From: a virus
IMG/VR virus record: IMGVR_UViG_3300047445_000186
Location: 129,829 to 193,828 of that record
Length of the DNA stretch: 64,000 nt
Direction: 5' to 3' (one strand)
Shown here: positions 1 to 9,792 of the stretch, piece by piece
How the letters are laid out: the number at the start of each line of letters is the position of its first letter
Position numbering within the stretch: position 1 is the first letter of the stretch
Notes under the pieces: generated by a model
Databases searched by the model: none
The model's input: the letters and a program-made list of their open reading frames with translations, nothing else
Told to the model about the DNA's origin: nothing
Program-made: the position numbers and the translations under genes

Positions 1-216
1 ATCTTCCTGAAGCGGAACAAGCCGTTCAATCCAAAGGGCCGGAATCAGAACGAAGCAGAAGCGAAGGAGCTCGATCGCGACATCAGGAACATGCTCATCG
101 ATCGTGACGTGAACTTCCATGAGCTGGATTTCAGCCGAAAGAACGTGAAGGAAATCATTCGTCAAATGATCAACGTTGGTTGGGCGAATGACATCCCTGC
201 GCTTCTAAATAAGTGA
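1..216 (+). CDS. 3' end of an upstream CDS (hypothetical), partial at window start
   Basis: Frame 1 is open from nt 1 to TGA at 214-216. Its stop overlaps the next start (tgATG). Codon usage matches the neighbouring genes. Confidence 0.5.
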   Translation: MFLKRNKPFNPKGRNQNEAEAKELDRDIRNMLIDRDVNFHELDFSRKNVKEIIRQMINVGWANDIPALLNK

Positions 217-1013
217 TGCTCAAGTATCTCTTCGCTCTTCTTTTCTTCGTACACACGAGCACATTCGCTGCGCAACTTCCTCCGCTCCCAATGGAGGAGT
301 GCGTCGCTCAAGCTCCGTACGGTTTTCCTGAATCCCAAAAGCAGAACACCACCAAGGTCTGCCGAGTAGGGTACGCACTCGAACACGACAACGTCGCGAA
401 GATTCCTGCATGGGTCTCGTACACGTTGACGCCAAAGAAGGCGACTGGTTGCTTCGCACGCACTGACGATTTTGATCGTGATCGCTCGCTGCCAGTTCTG
501 TTCGCAAGTACGCCAAAGGATTACGCTAAGAGCGGGTACGACATGGGCCATCAAGCGAATGATGGCGACATGCGCTGGGACCTGCAAGCAGAGGAAGACT
601 CGTTCATCCTCTCGAACATGGCACCACAACTGCCTGGTTTCAATCGTGGTATTTGGAAGAAGCTTGAGGATTACACGCGTGGTTGGACGATCAGCCGCGA
701 CAACGAGCTCCTGATTTATGTCGGCCCCGTGTACGATCGTGCACAAGACCCGACGATTGGTAAAGGTTTCGTGACTGTGCCGCACGCGTTCTACAAGATC
801 ATCGTGGACACTGAGACGAGGGAAGTTCAGCCGTTCCTGTTCAAGCATGAACCGTCACGTGCTGATCTGGGGATGTTCATCTCGTCGATCGCTGAGATTC
901 AGCGTCAGACCGGGTTGGTGTTCCCGCTGCCAAAGCGCCCAAAGATGTCGAAGACTCTTTGGCCAGTGAAACTTAAGAGCGCAATCTCTTCAAAGACCTG
1001 CAGCATCCAATGA
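216..1013 (+). CDS. Secreted DNA/RNA non-specific endonuclease (Serratia NucA / EndoG family)
   Basis: N-terminal signal peptide (MLKYLFALLFFVHTSTFAAQ). The GYDMGHQAN motif corresponds to the DRGH active-site motif of beta-beta-alpha-Me nucleases, with Arg replaced by Met. Size is about 266 aa. Confidence 0.7.
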   Translation: MLKYLFALLFFVHTSTFAAQLPPLPMEECVAQAPYGFPESQKQNTTKVCRVGYALEHDNVAKIPAWVSYTLTPKKATGCFARTDDFDRDRSLPVLFASTPKDYAKSGYDMGHQANDGDMRWDLQAEEDSFILSNMAPQLPGFNRGIWKKLEDYTRGWTISRDNELLIYVGPVYDRAQDPTIGKGFVTVPHAFYKIIVDTETREVQPFLFKHEPSRADLGMFISSIAEIQRQTGLVFPLPKRPKMSKTLWPVKLKSAISSKTCSIQ

Positions 1014-1282
1014 GCGAAATCAATCCAAAGAAACCTGTTGTTCGAGGTCGCGCCTCGATCGTGCACTCATCACTCGAGGTCACTGTGCTCTGGAAGAGCC
1101 AGCTCGAGAAGGCGATCGCATGGTTGATTGAGCGTGAATTCGAATTCAGTTGGGAGGTGAAGGTTGGCGACAGCATCACCCCAAACACGTACACCTTGAC
1201 GGTGCACGACATTCCTTGGGCGGACAATCTGAAACAGTTCGCCAAGGTTCTTGAGAAGTGTGATTTTCAATCTGACATATAG
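1010..1282 (+). CDS. hypothetical protein (90 aa)
   Basis: ORF with ATGA overlap to the upstream gene, + strand. Confidence 0.45.
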   Translation: MSEINPKKPVVRGRASIVHSSLEVTVLWKSQLEKAIAWLIEREFEFSWEVKVGDSITPNTYTLTVHDIPWADNLKQFAKVLEKCDFQSDI

Positions 1283-1368
1283 GAGGAAGCTATGTCACAG
1301 CTAAACGCGGAGAACACAACGGTGTTCCAAAACACTCTGTAAATGGAGTCTCAAAGAAGTTCAGACGG

Positions 1369-1683
1369 ATGTCTGAGCTTTACAAGCACTTCGCTATCAA
1401 TATGTCCAGCACTCTGGACTTCAGCGACGAGGCTTTACTTTCCCTGTACAATCACGAGTCATACGGCCGTCCGCTCAGTGCGAACAACGGTTTCGGTTAT
1501 GGCAAGCAGTACCTGAATTTGCAGGTCACGTCTTGGCGTGAAGACCTCAGACGAGGTTGGATCTTCAAGCATGAGCTGTACTCAGATCCGAACTACCCGC
1601 ATTGGTGGCTCGATTCGGTACTCGCTAATGTGTTCTCAGGTTCGACGTACCAGGAGATCCTGAAAGAGTGCACGTTGTTCTAA
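1369..1683 (+). CDS. hypothetical protein (104 aa)
   Basis: ORF in the + strand gene train. Confidence 0.45.
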   Translation: MSELYKHFAINMSSTLDFSDEALLSLYNHESYGRPLSANNGFGYGKQYLNLQVTSWREDLRRGWIFKHELYSDPNYPHWWLDSVLANVFSGSTYQEILKECTLF

Positions 1684-1706
1684 GCTTGCAGAGCTACAAT
1701 CCTTGA

Positions 1707-2282
1707 ATGGATCAAGAACTAAAAGCTGTATTTCTGGACATTGACGGTGTGCTGAACAACTCGCGTTCAGTCGCCGTCAAAATCGGCCCTTCATCTGAGG
1801 GTCTAGCAAAGCGTGTCCGAATCGAACCACTGCCGTTCGTTGTTCAGTACGCGCTGAAGACGATCGATCCGGTCTGCGTCGCATTGCTGAACAAGCTTTT
1901 CGATGCAGATCCTGAGCTCGCATTGGTGCTCAGCTCGTCGCATCGCGCATATCTGATGGAGACCGGGTACTTATTCAGGTCGTCTGAGCACTTGGCTGCT
2001 CTTCGCCATTATCTGACAGCAATGGGTGTGAACGTTCCGCGGACATTCTCCGCGACTGCACGTTTGCATAAAGAACGAGGATACGAAGTCGATGACTTCC
2101 TTTGCCATGCGTACGAGAACGGAATCGACATCGATCGGTACATCATCCTCGACGATTCGAAGGATTTCCTGCCAGGGCAGCCACTGATCTGGTGCGACCC
2201 TGAGTATGGATTCAGCTACGCGAATTACGTCGAAGCGTGCAAACAACTCGGCCTCCAAGAACCAAGCGTGATCCTTTTCTAA
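1707..2282 (+). CDS. HAD-superfamily phosphatase (DxDGxL motif I)
   Basis: N-terminal FLDIDGVLNN matches HAD motif I (DxDG[VT]L). It resembles polynucleotide 3'-phosphatase or phage HAD hydrolases. No kinase domain is present. Confidence 0.6.
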   Translation: MDQELKAVFLDIDGVLNNSRSVAVKIGPSSEGLAKRVRIEPLPFVVQYALKTIDPVCVALLNKLFDADPELALVLSSSHRAYLMETGYLFRSSEHLAALRHYLTAMGVNVPRTFSATARLHKERGYEVDDFLCHAYENGIDIDRYIILDDSKDFLPGQPLIWCDPEYGFSYANYVEACKQLGLQEPSVILF

Positions 2283-2283
2283 C

Positions 2284-2802
2284 ATGATCAGAACAAAGCA
2301 CAACCCAACGATGAACCTCGATAAGAACACTTTCGGAAAAGCCCCAGCGGCAATGTACCTGGTTGTGCTGCTGCAAGAGCGAGACAATCAAGCCCTGACT
2401 CGCAAAGTCGCTCGCGTGATCGAGAGCTTCCGTGAACTGCTGAACGACATCGTGGCGTGTCACTACCAGACCGAAGAGCTGAAGACCGCGTCGTTCAACA
2501 AGCTCCTCGAGATGATGCACGATCGGATCAAGATCGCGACCGCTCAGCTGCCTGATGAATTCATTGGCCACATCGTGCGGAACATCCTGACTGGCGAGCT
2601 GAAGACGCTGAAGCGGCGCGCAGCCCGTACCGGCCATCTGCAATCGAGCATTGCACGGAAGACGCCAAGCGGCTGGACCGTGCCGATGGTGAAGGCCACG
2701 CCACTGATGAACGAACCGTCTGAAGAAGAACGGATGAAGCAGCTCCAAGCGAAAAGCTCGGCCTATCTCGCTCGCAAGGGCAAAAAGAACACGTTGTATT
2801 GA
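2284..2802 (+). CDS. hypothetical protein (172 aa)
   Basis: ORF starts 2 nt after the upstream stop. Confidence 0.45.
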   Translation: MIRTKHNPTMNLDKNTFGKAPAAMYLVVLLQERDNQALTRKVARVIESFRELLNDIVACHYQTEELKTASFNKLLEMMHDRIKIATAQLPDEFIGHIVRNILTGELKTLKRRAARTGHLQSSIARKTPSGWTVPMVKATPLMNEPSEEERMKQLQAKSSAYLARKGKKNTLY

Positions 2803-2803
2803 A

Positions 2804-3178
2804 ATGTACGAATTCGAATTCATGAAGGACTACTCGTTCAACAGGCACATTGAGCCTGGCGAGAAGGCGACCATTCGGATCTTGGACGCTACCCCGTTCA
2901 AGAAGTTCTACTACGTGCACTCGCACAAGCCGGACTTTAACGAGATGATCTTGCGGCCTGAGCTCTGTGAGAAGGCCGAAGATCGGTACCACATGCCGAT
3001 CGTTCACGATGGTGAGCCCAAGATTCTGAGCATGCGTGGCGCAACGTACAAGCAGCTCATGCGCAAGGTCGAAGAGATCGAGCGTGAACGCAAATACTGG
3101 GAGGGCCTTGCACTGAGTCAGAAGGAGGCCGCCCGCCGATTCAAACTTTCAAGGATGCAATATGACCGCAAGAAATGA
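2804..3178 (+). CDS. hypothetical protein (124 aa)
   Basis: ORF starts 2 nt after the upstream stop. Confidence 0.45.
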   Translation: MYEFEFMKDYSFNRHIEPGEKATIRILDATPFKKFYYVHSHKPDFNEMILRPELCEKAEDRYHMPIVHDGEPKILSMRGATYKQLMRKVEEIERERKYWEGLALSQKEAARRFKLSRMQYDRKK

Positions 3179-3452
3179 CATCACTGGCGACTCGATCGCC
3201 ACCAAGAGTTCCACTGAAGCGTACCGCGACGGTTGGGACGCAATCTTCGGCAAGAAGGCCAAGACCGCAACCGTGATCAAGGTCGAAACGCCTGCACCGA
3301 CCGTGGAAGTCGAAGTGCAGAACGAGCGTGACGCACTGACCCGTCAATGGTGGGCGTTCTGTGAGAAAAGCCAACCGCGTTCCAAGCCGTTCCCAACGTT
3401 CGCGGAATGGGAACACGCAGTGTCAGCAGGGAAGTCGCTCGATGAGCTGTGA
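3162..3452 (+). CDS. hypothetical protein (96 aa)
   Basis: ORF overlapping the upstream gene end. Confidence 0.4.
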   Translation: MTARNDITGDSIATKSSTEAYRDGWDAIFGKKAKTATVIKVETPAPTVEVEVQNERDALTRQWWAFCEKSQPRSKPFPTFAEWEHAVSAGKSLDEL

Positions 3453-3663
3453 GTGCTACAAGATCGGCGGGCGCTTCATAGCTGAAGACCCTGACTGTCC
3501 TGCACACGGGACAGTCGCGCAGATGGAGCGCGATCAAGAGCAACTCGAGCATGCTGAGATGGAAGATCGTATCGCCTCGCTCGAGTCTGAAGTTCAAACG
3601 CAACAAGCGCTGATTGAGAAGCTTTCAGAGGTTCTCTCTATCTTGCTCGGTGCACTAACCTAA
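3442..3663 (+). CDS. small coiled-coil protein (about 73 aa)
   Basis: ATG at 3442 overlaps the upstream stop. The C-terminal half is a heptad-like coiled coil (LESEVQTQQALIEKLSEVL). The listed ORF 3361.. has an implausible upstream extension. Confidence 0.4.
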   Translation: MSCECYKIGGRFIAEDPDCPAHGTVAQMERDQEQLEHAEMEDRIASLESEVQTQQALIEKLSEVLSILLGALT

Positions 3664-3671
3664 GGAAACAT

Positions 3672-3956
3672 ATGTCTACTATTCTCCAAGAAGCACTTGA
3701 CGCAGCCGATGAGGTAGTTGCTGCACTGAAGGCAAAAGGCATCGATGCACAAGAGTATCGCGAAACCATTGCCATCGAACTCTTCGACGAAGGGTTGCTG
3801 GAAGGTAACTATGATTCGTCTTGCGATATTGGCACGCACGGTCTGCGAGCAATTCAGGAAGACGAATACGACCAGCACATGGAATTCTCGGACGACAAGC
3901 CCGATTGGAATGACATGCTGTGCCAAACGAACCTCAGCTATGTTTGGTTGACCTAA
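3672..3956 (+). CDS. acidic hypothetical protein (94 aa)
   Basis: ORF with RBS-like AGGAAAC upstream. Very acidic composition. Confidence 0.45.
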   Translation: MSTILQEALDAADEVVAALKAKGIDAQEYRETIAIELFDEGLLEGNYDSSCDIGTHGLRAIQEDEYDQHMEFSDDKPDWNDMLCQTNLSYVWLT

Positions 3957-3958
3957 GT

Positions 3959-4342
3959 ATGCTTAAATTTAAGAGTAGAAACGTGATCGAGGTCAGCGAC
4001 TGGGATGATCTCGTAGAGAAAACGTACGGCAAAATCTACAGCTTCCAACAACAGGAAGGGTGCCAATCACGAGGTGTTCACACCATTCGTGTTCCGGAAG
4101 AATGCGAAGATTATGATCAAACCTCAATTCCTGAAGTGATCAATGGCGAAGAAATGGGCGTGTCGTTCGCGGCATGGCTGGCCCGCAATCCGAAAGAATG
4201 GAACGGCGATCCTAAAGAGAAGCGATTCCTGGACTTGTTCTGGAGTCGAAACTTCTATCCAGAACTCCAGGTCGTCGCGAATGATCTGCACGCAAAGGGC
4301 CTGATTCCGGACGGCGAGTACGACATCAACATCGATTGGTGA
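3959..4342 (+). CDS. hypothetical protein (about 127 aa; alternative start 3920)
   Basis: ORF followed by a strong rho-independent terminator. Confidence 0.45.
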   Translation: MLKFKSRNVIEVSDWDDLVEKTYGKIYSFQQQEGCQSRGVHTIRVPEECEDYDQTSIPEVINGEEMGVSFAAWLARNPKEWNGDPKEKRFLDLFWSRNFYPELQVVANDLHAKGLIPDGEYDINIDW

Positions 4343-4374
4343 GACCTGATCCTTCGTTGAAGTGGCCAAAGGGT

Positions 4375-4415
4375 GGCTAACACTTAGAATTGCAAGTGTT
4401 AGCCATTTTAATTTC
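4375..4415 (+). terminator. rho-independent terminator (11-bp stem GGCTAACACTT / AAGTGTTAGCC, then ATTTTAATTTC)
   Basis: Seen directly after the gene ending at 4342. Confidence 0.7.
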
Positions 4416-4429
4416 AACAAAGGATCGAA

Positions 4430-5086
4430 ATGATTTTGTTTGGTTTGGGGCTCCTCGAGCTCGCGTTTCTGGGTGTGTTCTTTCTGCTCCTGATCATTGG
4501 TGCAGCACTGGACCGTCGCGGTGAATCTTCACCGAAGTGGTGGGTCACTGGTATCGGTGGTGTCGTGATCGCTGCATACTTCTGGAAGGACTTCACGCTC
4601 GCCACCCTCTGGGCTGACGTTCAAACGTTCGCATTCTGGAAGCCATTCGCGCTGTACCTGATCGCTGGTGTTCTGTACTCCGTGGTCGAATTCGCGCTGA
4701 ACGTGAAGCGTGCTCGTACATTCCTCGGTGATGCATGGAGTTCGGCTCTGAAGAGCGCCGAATCGAAGCTGAAGGTCGATGAGTTGACGGACGCAGAAGC
4801 AACTGGTCGGAAGCAGGCATTCGTTGCACGCTTCCTGGGCGACAATCGTCGTGCTCACGAGATCGTTGCAGTCACGTCGAACGATGGTCTGACGATCGAA
4901 CCAGTCGTGAACAAGAAGGTCCTCGCTGATCACATCTCTGCATGGACCCTGTTCTGGCCGTTCTACCTGATCGCACTGGTCGTTGGTGATCTGTTCGTCG
5001 AGATCTTCAACCTGATCGCTGAACTGTTCCACTCGCTGTCGGCACGGATCGTGAAGCTCTCGTTCGGAAATCTGTTCAAGTTCTGA
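4430..5086 (+). CDS. integral membrane protein (218 aa, multiple TM helices)
   Basis: Hydrophobic segments (ILFGLGLLELAFLGVFFLLLIIGAAL, LYLIAGVLYSVVEF, WTLFWPFYLIALVVGDLF). RBS AAAGGA upstream. Confidence 0.6.
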   Translation: MILFGLGLLELAFLGVFFLLLIIGAALDRRGESSPKWWVTGIGGVVIAAYFWKDFTLATLWADVQTFAFWKPFALYLIAGVLYSVVEFALNVKRARTFLGDAWSSALKSAESKLKVDELTDAEATGRKQAFVARFLGDNRRAHEIVAVTSNDGLTIEPVVNKKVLADHISAWTLFWPFYLIALVVGDLFVEIFNLIAELFHSLSARIVKLSFGNLFKF

Positions 5087-5427
5087 TGTCCGCTCAGTAC
5101 TACGTCTATCGAAATCTGCGAATTGAGAATACGTTCTCCGTAAGATTTCGTGGACGAGTAGTTGATCGCCTCACTGACTTCGTCGCGCGTAATGTGCGAT
5201 TCCAAGTCAGTGAGGTTGGTCGGCTTCGAGTCCTACGGGAAAGGCAGAAGAATGTTCACGCGTTCGTTCGGGCGCGAGAATACGAGCCTTTCGAATTCAA
5301 TGGATCTGGAATGAAGCAGATCTCATACAACCCATACAGAGCCAGCACGTTCATGTGCGATGGGGAACCAATCATGAAGGCAGACGTCGTTCTCTTTCGT
5401 GGAGGAAAGTGCTACCTAGTAGAATGA
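5086..5427 (+). CDS. hypothetical protein (113 aa)
   Basis: ORF with ATGA overlap to the upstream gene. Confidence 0.4.
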   Translation: MSAQYYVYRNLRIENTFSVRFRGRVVDRLTDFVARNVRFQVSEVGRLRVLRERQKNVHAFVRAREYEPFEFNGSGMKQISYNPYRASTFMCDGEPIMKADVVLFRGGKCYLVE

Positions 5428-6383
5428 AAAACATAATCAAGACATTTGAGCCGAACACGAAGGGGAGAGACTTCGTGATCGGTGATTTGCATGGTGCAAT
5501 CTCTTGCCTGCGCAATCTAATGAAGAATCTGAACTTCGACCCTGCGGTCGATCGGATGTTTTCAGTTGGGGACCTTGTTGATCGTGGTGAAGACAGCTTG
5601 GCCTGCCTTCGTCTCCTTCGCGAGCCGTGGTTCTGTGCTGTTCTGGCGAACCACGAGCAGATGATGTACGAGGCGTTCAACGGTGGTTGGATGGGATCGT
5701 ACTGGTACCAGAACGGCGGTGGGTGGGGGTACAACTCTGCCTTGTTCGCCGATGCACTCAAGAAGCGCGATAGGGACCCCGAGTACCCCCTGCCTGCAAT
5801 GACTGATGAGGACTATGAACTCATTGATCTATTGCCCCTGGTGGAGGAGATGCCATTCCTGATCACGATCAATATGACCGATGGTCGGAAGTTCCACGTG
5901 CTTCATGCTGAGCTGCCGCCAGGTCACATTGGTCTGACGGACTCGGATCTGAGCTCGCCAGGTCGAGTGAAGGAGCTCGCAACGATTCAAGCCGGTGACG
6001 GTGACGCGTTCATGTGGAGTCGGTTCATCTTCGGCCCGTTCAACGGTGCGAATCTGATTGATCAGCGTAACAAGGTCATTCGAACTGTGCAGTTCCGATT
6101 CAAGGGTTCGACAGGTCCGTTCAATGATAAGCTCTCGCACATTATCAGCGGGCACACGATCATGCGCGCTCCGTTCACCCTGTTCGGACAGACGAACATC
6201 GACACGTGCGCGTACGCGACTGGTGACAAGGAACCGCCGAAGTACGCGGCCCTGACATGCGTGGAACTTGGAAGCTGGTCGTTCTATCAGGCAACCCCGA
6301 CCACGTTCAGAACTGTGGAGCCGTTCGTCGTAAATACCGACGTAATCAATTCTCTGAAAGAACCAAATGAAGCTCCTCTCTGA
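5424..6383 (+). CDS. Ser/Thr protein phosphatase (calcineurin-like metallophosphoesterase, lambda PPase type)
   Basis: GDLHG, GDLVDRG and GNHE-like motifs in the order typical of PPP-family phosphoesterases. Start chosen at MKNIIK (ATG 5424) after GGAGGA. Confidence 0.8.
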   Translation: MKNIIKTFEPNTKGRDFVIGDLHGAISCLRNLMKNLNFDPAVDRMFSVGDLVDRGEDSLACLRLLREPWFCAVLANHEQMMYEAFNGGWMGSYWYQNGGGWGYNSALFADALKKRDRDPEYPLPAMTDEDYELIDLLPLVEEMPFLITINMTDGRKFHVLHAELPPGHIGLTDSDLSSPGRVKELATIQAGDGDAFMWSRFIFGPFNGANLIDQRNKVIRTVQFRFKGSTGPFNDKLSHIISGHTIMRAPFTLFGQTNIDTCAYATGDKEPPKYAALTCVELGSWSFYQATPTTFRTVEPFVVNTDVINSLKEPNEAPL

Positions 6384-6561
6384 AGCTACTGTTGACACGC
6401 AATTCACTGCTCTGATGGACAAAATCCAGCAAGCGATCATCAAGCTCGAGGGCTTCGTTGGCGAAGATTTCGTTCCGCTGAACTCGCAAGTTCTGATGGT
6501 CGAAGTTGCTGGTGAAGATCTGTCGAAGCTCGCAAAGAAGCTGAAGGCGCAGCGCGGATAA
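6367..6561 (+). CDS. hypothetical small protein (64 aa)
   Basis: ORF overlapping the end of the upstream gene. Confidence 0.4.
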   Translation: MKLLSEATVDTQFTALMDKIQQAIIKLEGFVGEDFVPLNSQVLMVEVAGEDLSKLAKKLKAQRG

Positions 6562-6767
6562 TGACCAAGGAACTTCGGTTCCCCTGCTCACCTGAACAAG
6601 AGGACGTGATTGCTGATCACGTCCTTTTAGGGACTGAGCTTGGGATGCAACCAGATGAACGCGCCTGGATTCTGAGTCACGCCAGAAAAGTGTATCCAGA
6701 AGGCAAGGTTACAGCGGCCGATCTCGATATCGAGAATGGTCAGTGGGTCGTGCAGATTCAATCGTAA
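6561..6767 (+). CDS. hypothetical small protein (68 aa)
   Basis: ATGA overlap with the upstream ORF. Confidence 0.4.
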   Translation: MTKELRFPCSPEQEDVIADHVLLGTELGMQPDERAWILSHARKVYPEGKVTAADLDIENGQWVVQIQS

Positions 6768-6982
6768 CCAAGATCCCTGGACGGCCACTTCCACTCAAAT
6801 CTTACAATAGCTTTATCATGTCGAAACAACCGCGTACTACCAAGATCAAGCTCCCTAAAGAGCGAAATCAAAAGCTGCACCAAGATCTTCTTGGCTGCAA
6901 GGGTGGTCGTATGCGTGACAAGAAACGTGAAGCTCAGCAAACCCCAGATCGCCGCATTGACGGCGACACTTTAACTTTTTGA
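6743..6982 (+). CDS. small Lys/Arg-rich protein (probable true start ATG 6818, 54 aa)
   Basis: Basic, nucleic-acid-binding-like composition (KIKLPKERNQK, RMRDKKRE). Confidence 0.35.
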   Translation: MGRADSIVTKIPGRPLPLKSYNSFIMSKQPRTTKIKLPKERNQKLHQDLLGCKGGRMRDKKREAQQTPDRRIDGDTLTF

Positions 6983-6990
6983 TTCTTTAC

Positions 6991-7389
6991 ATGCTTCCCA
7001 TTCTCGCTCTCGAAGACCTGACCTCTGACGCCACGATCCTGTTCACGCGTGCATTGCTGAACAAGGAAGTGTCCTGCTTTGGAGAAGACGGAAATGGTCT
7101 TCATGGCACGAACGACCGTGCAAAGTTCTTCACGGTCGATAGCCTCCGCGTTATCATCAACGAAGACATCGATGAAAACCTGACCGGCATTCTGCAGTTC
7201 CATCTGGATGGTTATCACGAAGCACAGTGCGGTGCTGCCGTGACGGACAACAATCTCCGCATTTCCCTGAACAAACTGTTCGCAGCCGAGATCATCGACT
7301 CCAAAGACTGGTCTTGGGCTCCTCTGAAAGATCAAGGTGACGAATTCGTCGCGATCAATTTCGACGTCTATAAAGTCCTGGGCTGGTAA
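6991..7389 (+). CDS. hypothetical protein (about 132 aa)
   Basis: + strand ORF consistent with local gene orientation. A longer antisense ORF, 6934..7446 (-), overlaps it and cannot be excluded. Confidence 0.3.
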   Translation: MLPILALEDLTSDATILFTRALLNKEVSCFGEDGNGLHGTNDRAKFFTVDSLRVIINEDIDENLTGILQFHLDGYHEAQCGAAVTDNNLRISLNKLFAAEIIDSKDWSWAPLKDQGDEFVAINFDVYKVLGW

Positions 7390-7569
7390 GCTCTTTTGCA
7401 AGCACGATTGGTGCTTCATTGGTCTGACGTACGAACCTTTGGACAAGCCTGAACTTCACGTTCACGTTTGTTCAAGGTGCCGGAAAGTGAGTACGGTCGA
7501 GATCCCGAATTCGGAGTCCCGTCCTCGCTCCTAAGTCAGTACAATCACAGAACTTTTGGAGAATAAGAA

Positions 7570-8133
7570 ATGTTGATTCACGGTAAGAACCTGTTCCCTC
7601 TGGAACGCGCCATTCACGGCATCAAGATCGGCTACTTCATGGACGCCGCTGGAAATGTGTACAGCACCAGGACCGGGAACACGCTGAAGCAGCTCAGCGG
7701 TTCGTACACGAACAGCGGCCGATACTTCTCGCTGACGCGGGTGAACGGTTCGCGGTACAGCCCGTCGATCTCTCGCCATGCCACGCTTCTGGTCGCCGAT
7801 GCAAAGGCGCACAAGGACTTCGTGAAAGAAACCTCGGTTCCCGCCTGGCCGACCGAGCCGACCGCTTCCGTTCAACCGCACAAGAAAGTCATGATCATTC
7901 CGACCGCTCGCAATCACGCCGCCAATGTGCATGCTGGTATCGCCTCCAAGGGCTGGCTGATCGGCCAAGTCGTTGGCGAAGCGATCATCTTCGGCTCGAA
8001 GCCGACGGTGCACACGACCGATGACAGCGTACTGAACGAACTCCGCCGTCTCGCTTCGAAGAAGCCTGGTACGAAGTTCGTGAAGCTCAAGATCGAGTCG
8101 GCCCTGACCCTCGGCGCCGAAGTCTGGGAATGA
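7570..8133 (+). CDS. hypothetical protein (187 aa)
   Basis: ORF with RBS GGAGAA 5 nt upstream of ATG. Confidence 0.5.
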   Translation: MLIHGKNLFPLERAIHGIKIGYFMDAAGNVYSTRTGNTLKQLSGSYTNSGRYFSLTRVNGSRYSPSISRHATLLVADAKAHKDFVKETSVPAWPTEPTASVQPHKKVMIIPTARNHAANVHAGIASKGWLIGQVVGEAIIFGSKPTVHTTDDSVLNELRRLASKKPGTKFVKLKIESALTLGAEVWE

Positions 8134-8315
8134 CCACGTTCGAAATCGTTATCGCAGTGGCCGTGATCTGCGTGGTCTGGTCATGCGCAAGCGTGTACTG
8201 GGTGGTCACGAAGATGGTTCGACGAGGCGGCAAGAAGGACGCAACGACCGACGCGATCATGATGATCCCGATTCTGATCTTTCTCTGGATCGCGCAACTG
8301 GCGCGGCGGCGCTGA
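8130..8315 (+). CDS. small membrane protein (61 aa)
   Basis: ATGA overlap. Two hydrophobic helices (IVIAVAVICVVWSCASVYWVV, IMMIPILIFLWIAQL). Confidence 0.5.
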   Translation: MTTFEIVIAVAVICVVWSCASVYWVVTKMVRRGGKKDATTDAIMMIPILIFLWIAQLARRR

Positions 8316-8407
8316 ACCTGGAATTATTACAGGTTTATTTCGGTCCTGGCCCTGTAGTCCTAAGACTACAGGTTAGAATACCCTATCTTCACCGCAGTTG
8401 AGGCCTC

Positions 8408-9502
8408 ATGAAAGTTTACTTAGTTGGTGGCGCAGTTCGTGATAAGTTGATGGGACTTCAGCCGAAGGACCGAGATTGGGTTGTGGTTGGCGCCACTGAA
8501 GCCGATGTTCAGAAAATGTTGGCGGATGGTTACACGCAAGTGGGGGCAGACTTTCCGGTCTTCCTCCACCCAGAGACGAATGAAGAGTACGCGCTTGCTC
8601 GCGTTGAACGCAAGAACGGCGTTGGGTACCACGGTTTCACCGTGCAAGCCGATGCATCCGTGACGATCGAAGAAGACCTGGCCAGACGCGATCTGACCGT
8701 GAACTCGATGGCCATGGACGACGATGGCAAGATCATCGATCCTTTCGGGGGTCTCCGGGATTTGCGAAATGGCGTTCTGCGGCACACGACCGAGGCATTC
8801 GCTGAAGATCCTCTTCGCGTTCTTCGCCTTGCTCGCTTCGCTGCTCGACTCCCTGCATGGCGCGTCGACGAAAGCACGAAAGCGCTCTGTTGGAAGCTCG
8901 CGTCTGAAGGTGAGCTGAATCACCTCTCGATCGAACGGATCTGGGCCGAGTTGGAGAAGGGATTCGCCGCGAAGAACCCAGGCCGCATGCTCGAAGTTCT
9001 CGAGCGGACTGGTGCTCTCCTGTTCTGCGACACTCTGTCGGCCGTGTTCGGCCCTGGTCTCGAAGACTCGGCGTTCAAGGTCTTGAACACCTTGGCTGCG
9101 GTGCCCCAGGAGAAACGATTCGCGGCCTGTGTAGGAGCTATCGCTCTTCCAGACAGTGATCTCCCGGGCGCATCGGCACGTGTCCGTGAGTGCCTGAAGA
9201 ACGTGACTGCCCTGAGGAACGCGAAGTTCACGTGCCACGATCTGGCCGAGGTCTTGAAGCGCTCTCGTGCTCTTGGCGAAGGTCCAGCGTTCAGCGACTT
9301 CTTGTCGGCAGTCGTTGCGATCGAGAGTGCTGGAACTCGACTGCCGTTCTCGATGAAGCAGCTCGCCTTGGCCGCGCACATCATGAAGGGCGTGAAAGCG
9401 ATCCAGTTCCCTGGTATCGTCGGGAAAGCTCTCGGTCAGGCGATCGAGAACCAGCGAGTCCAGAACCTCCAACAAGGCTTGAACATCCCGATCAACGTGT
9501 AA
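8408..9502 (+). CDS. cca: CCA-adding tRNA nucleotidyltransferase (class II, head/neck/body; HD region degenerate)
   Basis: MKVYLVGGAVRDKLMGLQPKDRDWVVVG, DFPVFLHPETNEEYALARVERK and RDLTVNSMA are near-identical to the bacterial CCA enzyme catalytic head. The 364-aa length and absence of the His-Asp HD signature suggest no phosphohydrolase activity. Confidence 0.9.
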   Translation: MKVYLVGGAVRDKLMGLQPKDRDWVVVGATEADVQKMLADGYTQVGADFPVFLHPETNEEYALARVERKNGVGYHGFTVQADASVTIEEDLARRDLTVNSMAMDDDGKIIDPFGGLRDLRNGVLRHTTEAFAEDPLRVLRLARFAARLPAWRVDESTKALCWKLASEGELNHLSIERIWAELEKGFAAKNPGRMLEVLERTGALLFCDTLSAVFGPGLEDSAFKVLNTLAAVPQEKRFAACVGAIALPDSDLPGASARVRECLKNVTALRNAKFTCHDLAEVLKRSRALGEGPAFSDFLSAVVAIESAGTRLPFSMKQLALAAHIMKGVKAIQFPGIVGKALGQAIENQRVQNLQQGLNIPINV

Positions 9503-9558
9503 TTCTCGATTGGCGTGACGTTACAATAACCTTTTGCTTCAAACACATTAGGAAATAA

Positions 9559-9792
9559 ATGTCACGTCAATCGAAGAACGCGAAGAACATTGCCCGCCGG
9601 AAGATGTACACGGCAATGCACCTCAAGGGTGAAAAGGGCCCGTCGCGTACCACGCCGCTGCATGGCAAGCGTTGGACCTATCGCTCGAACCCAGAGGTTG
9701 CGAAGCGAAATGCTGAAGCCGCAAAGGCTGCAGCGCCGCAAGCTCGAGGCGGCAAGAAGATTCTCGAAGGCGCCGGCTCCGCAGCCGCGTAA
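9559..9792 (+). CDS. small basic protein (77 aa)
   Basis: ORF with RBS AGGAAA. Lys/Arg-rich. Confidence 0.45.
   Translation: MSRQSKNAKNIARRKMYTAMHLKGEKGPSRTTPLHGKRWTYRSNPEVAKRNAEAAKAAAPQARGGKKILEGAGSAAA

Noticed and set aside
6934-7446. 170-aa minus-strand ORF versus the + strand ORF 6991-7389
   Set aside because: It cannot be decided from sequence alone. The + strand was preferred because of the uniform gene orientation, but confidence is low either way.
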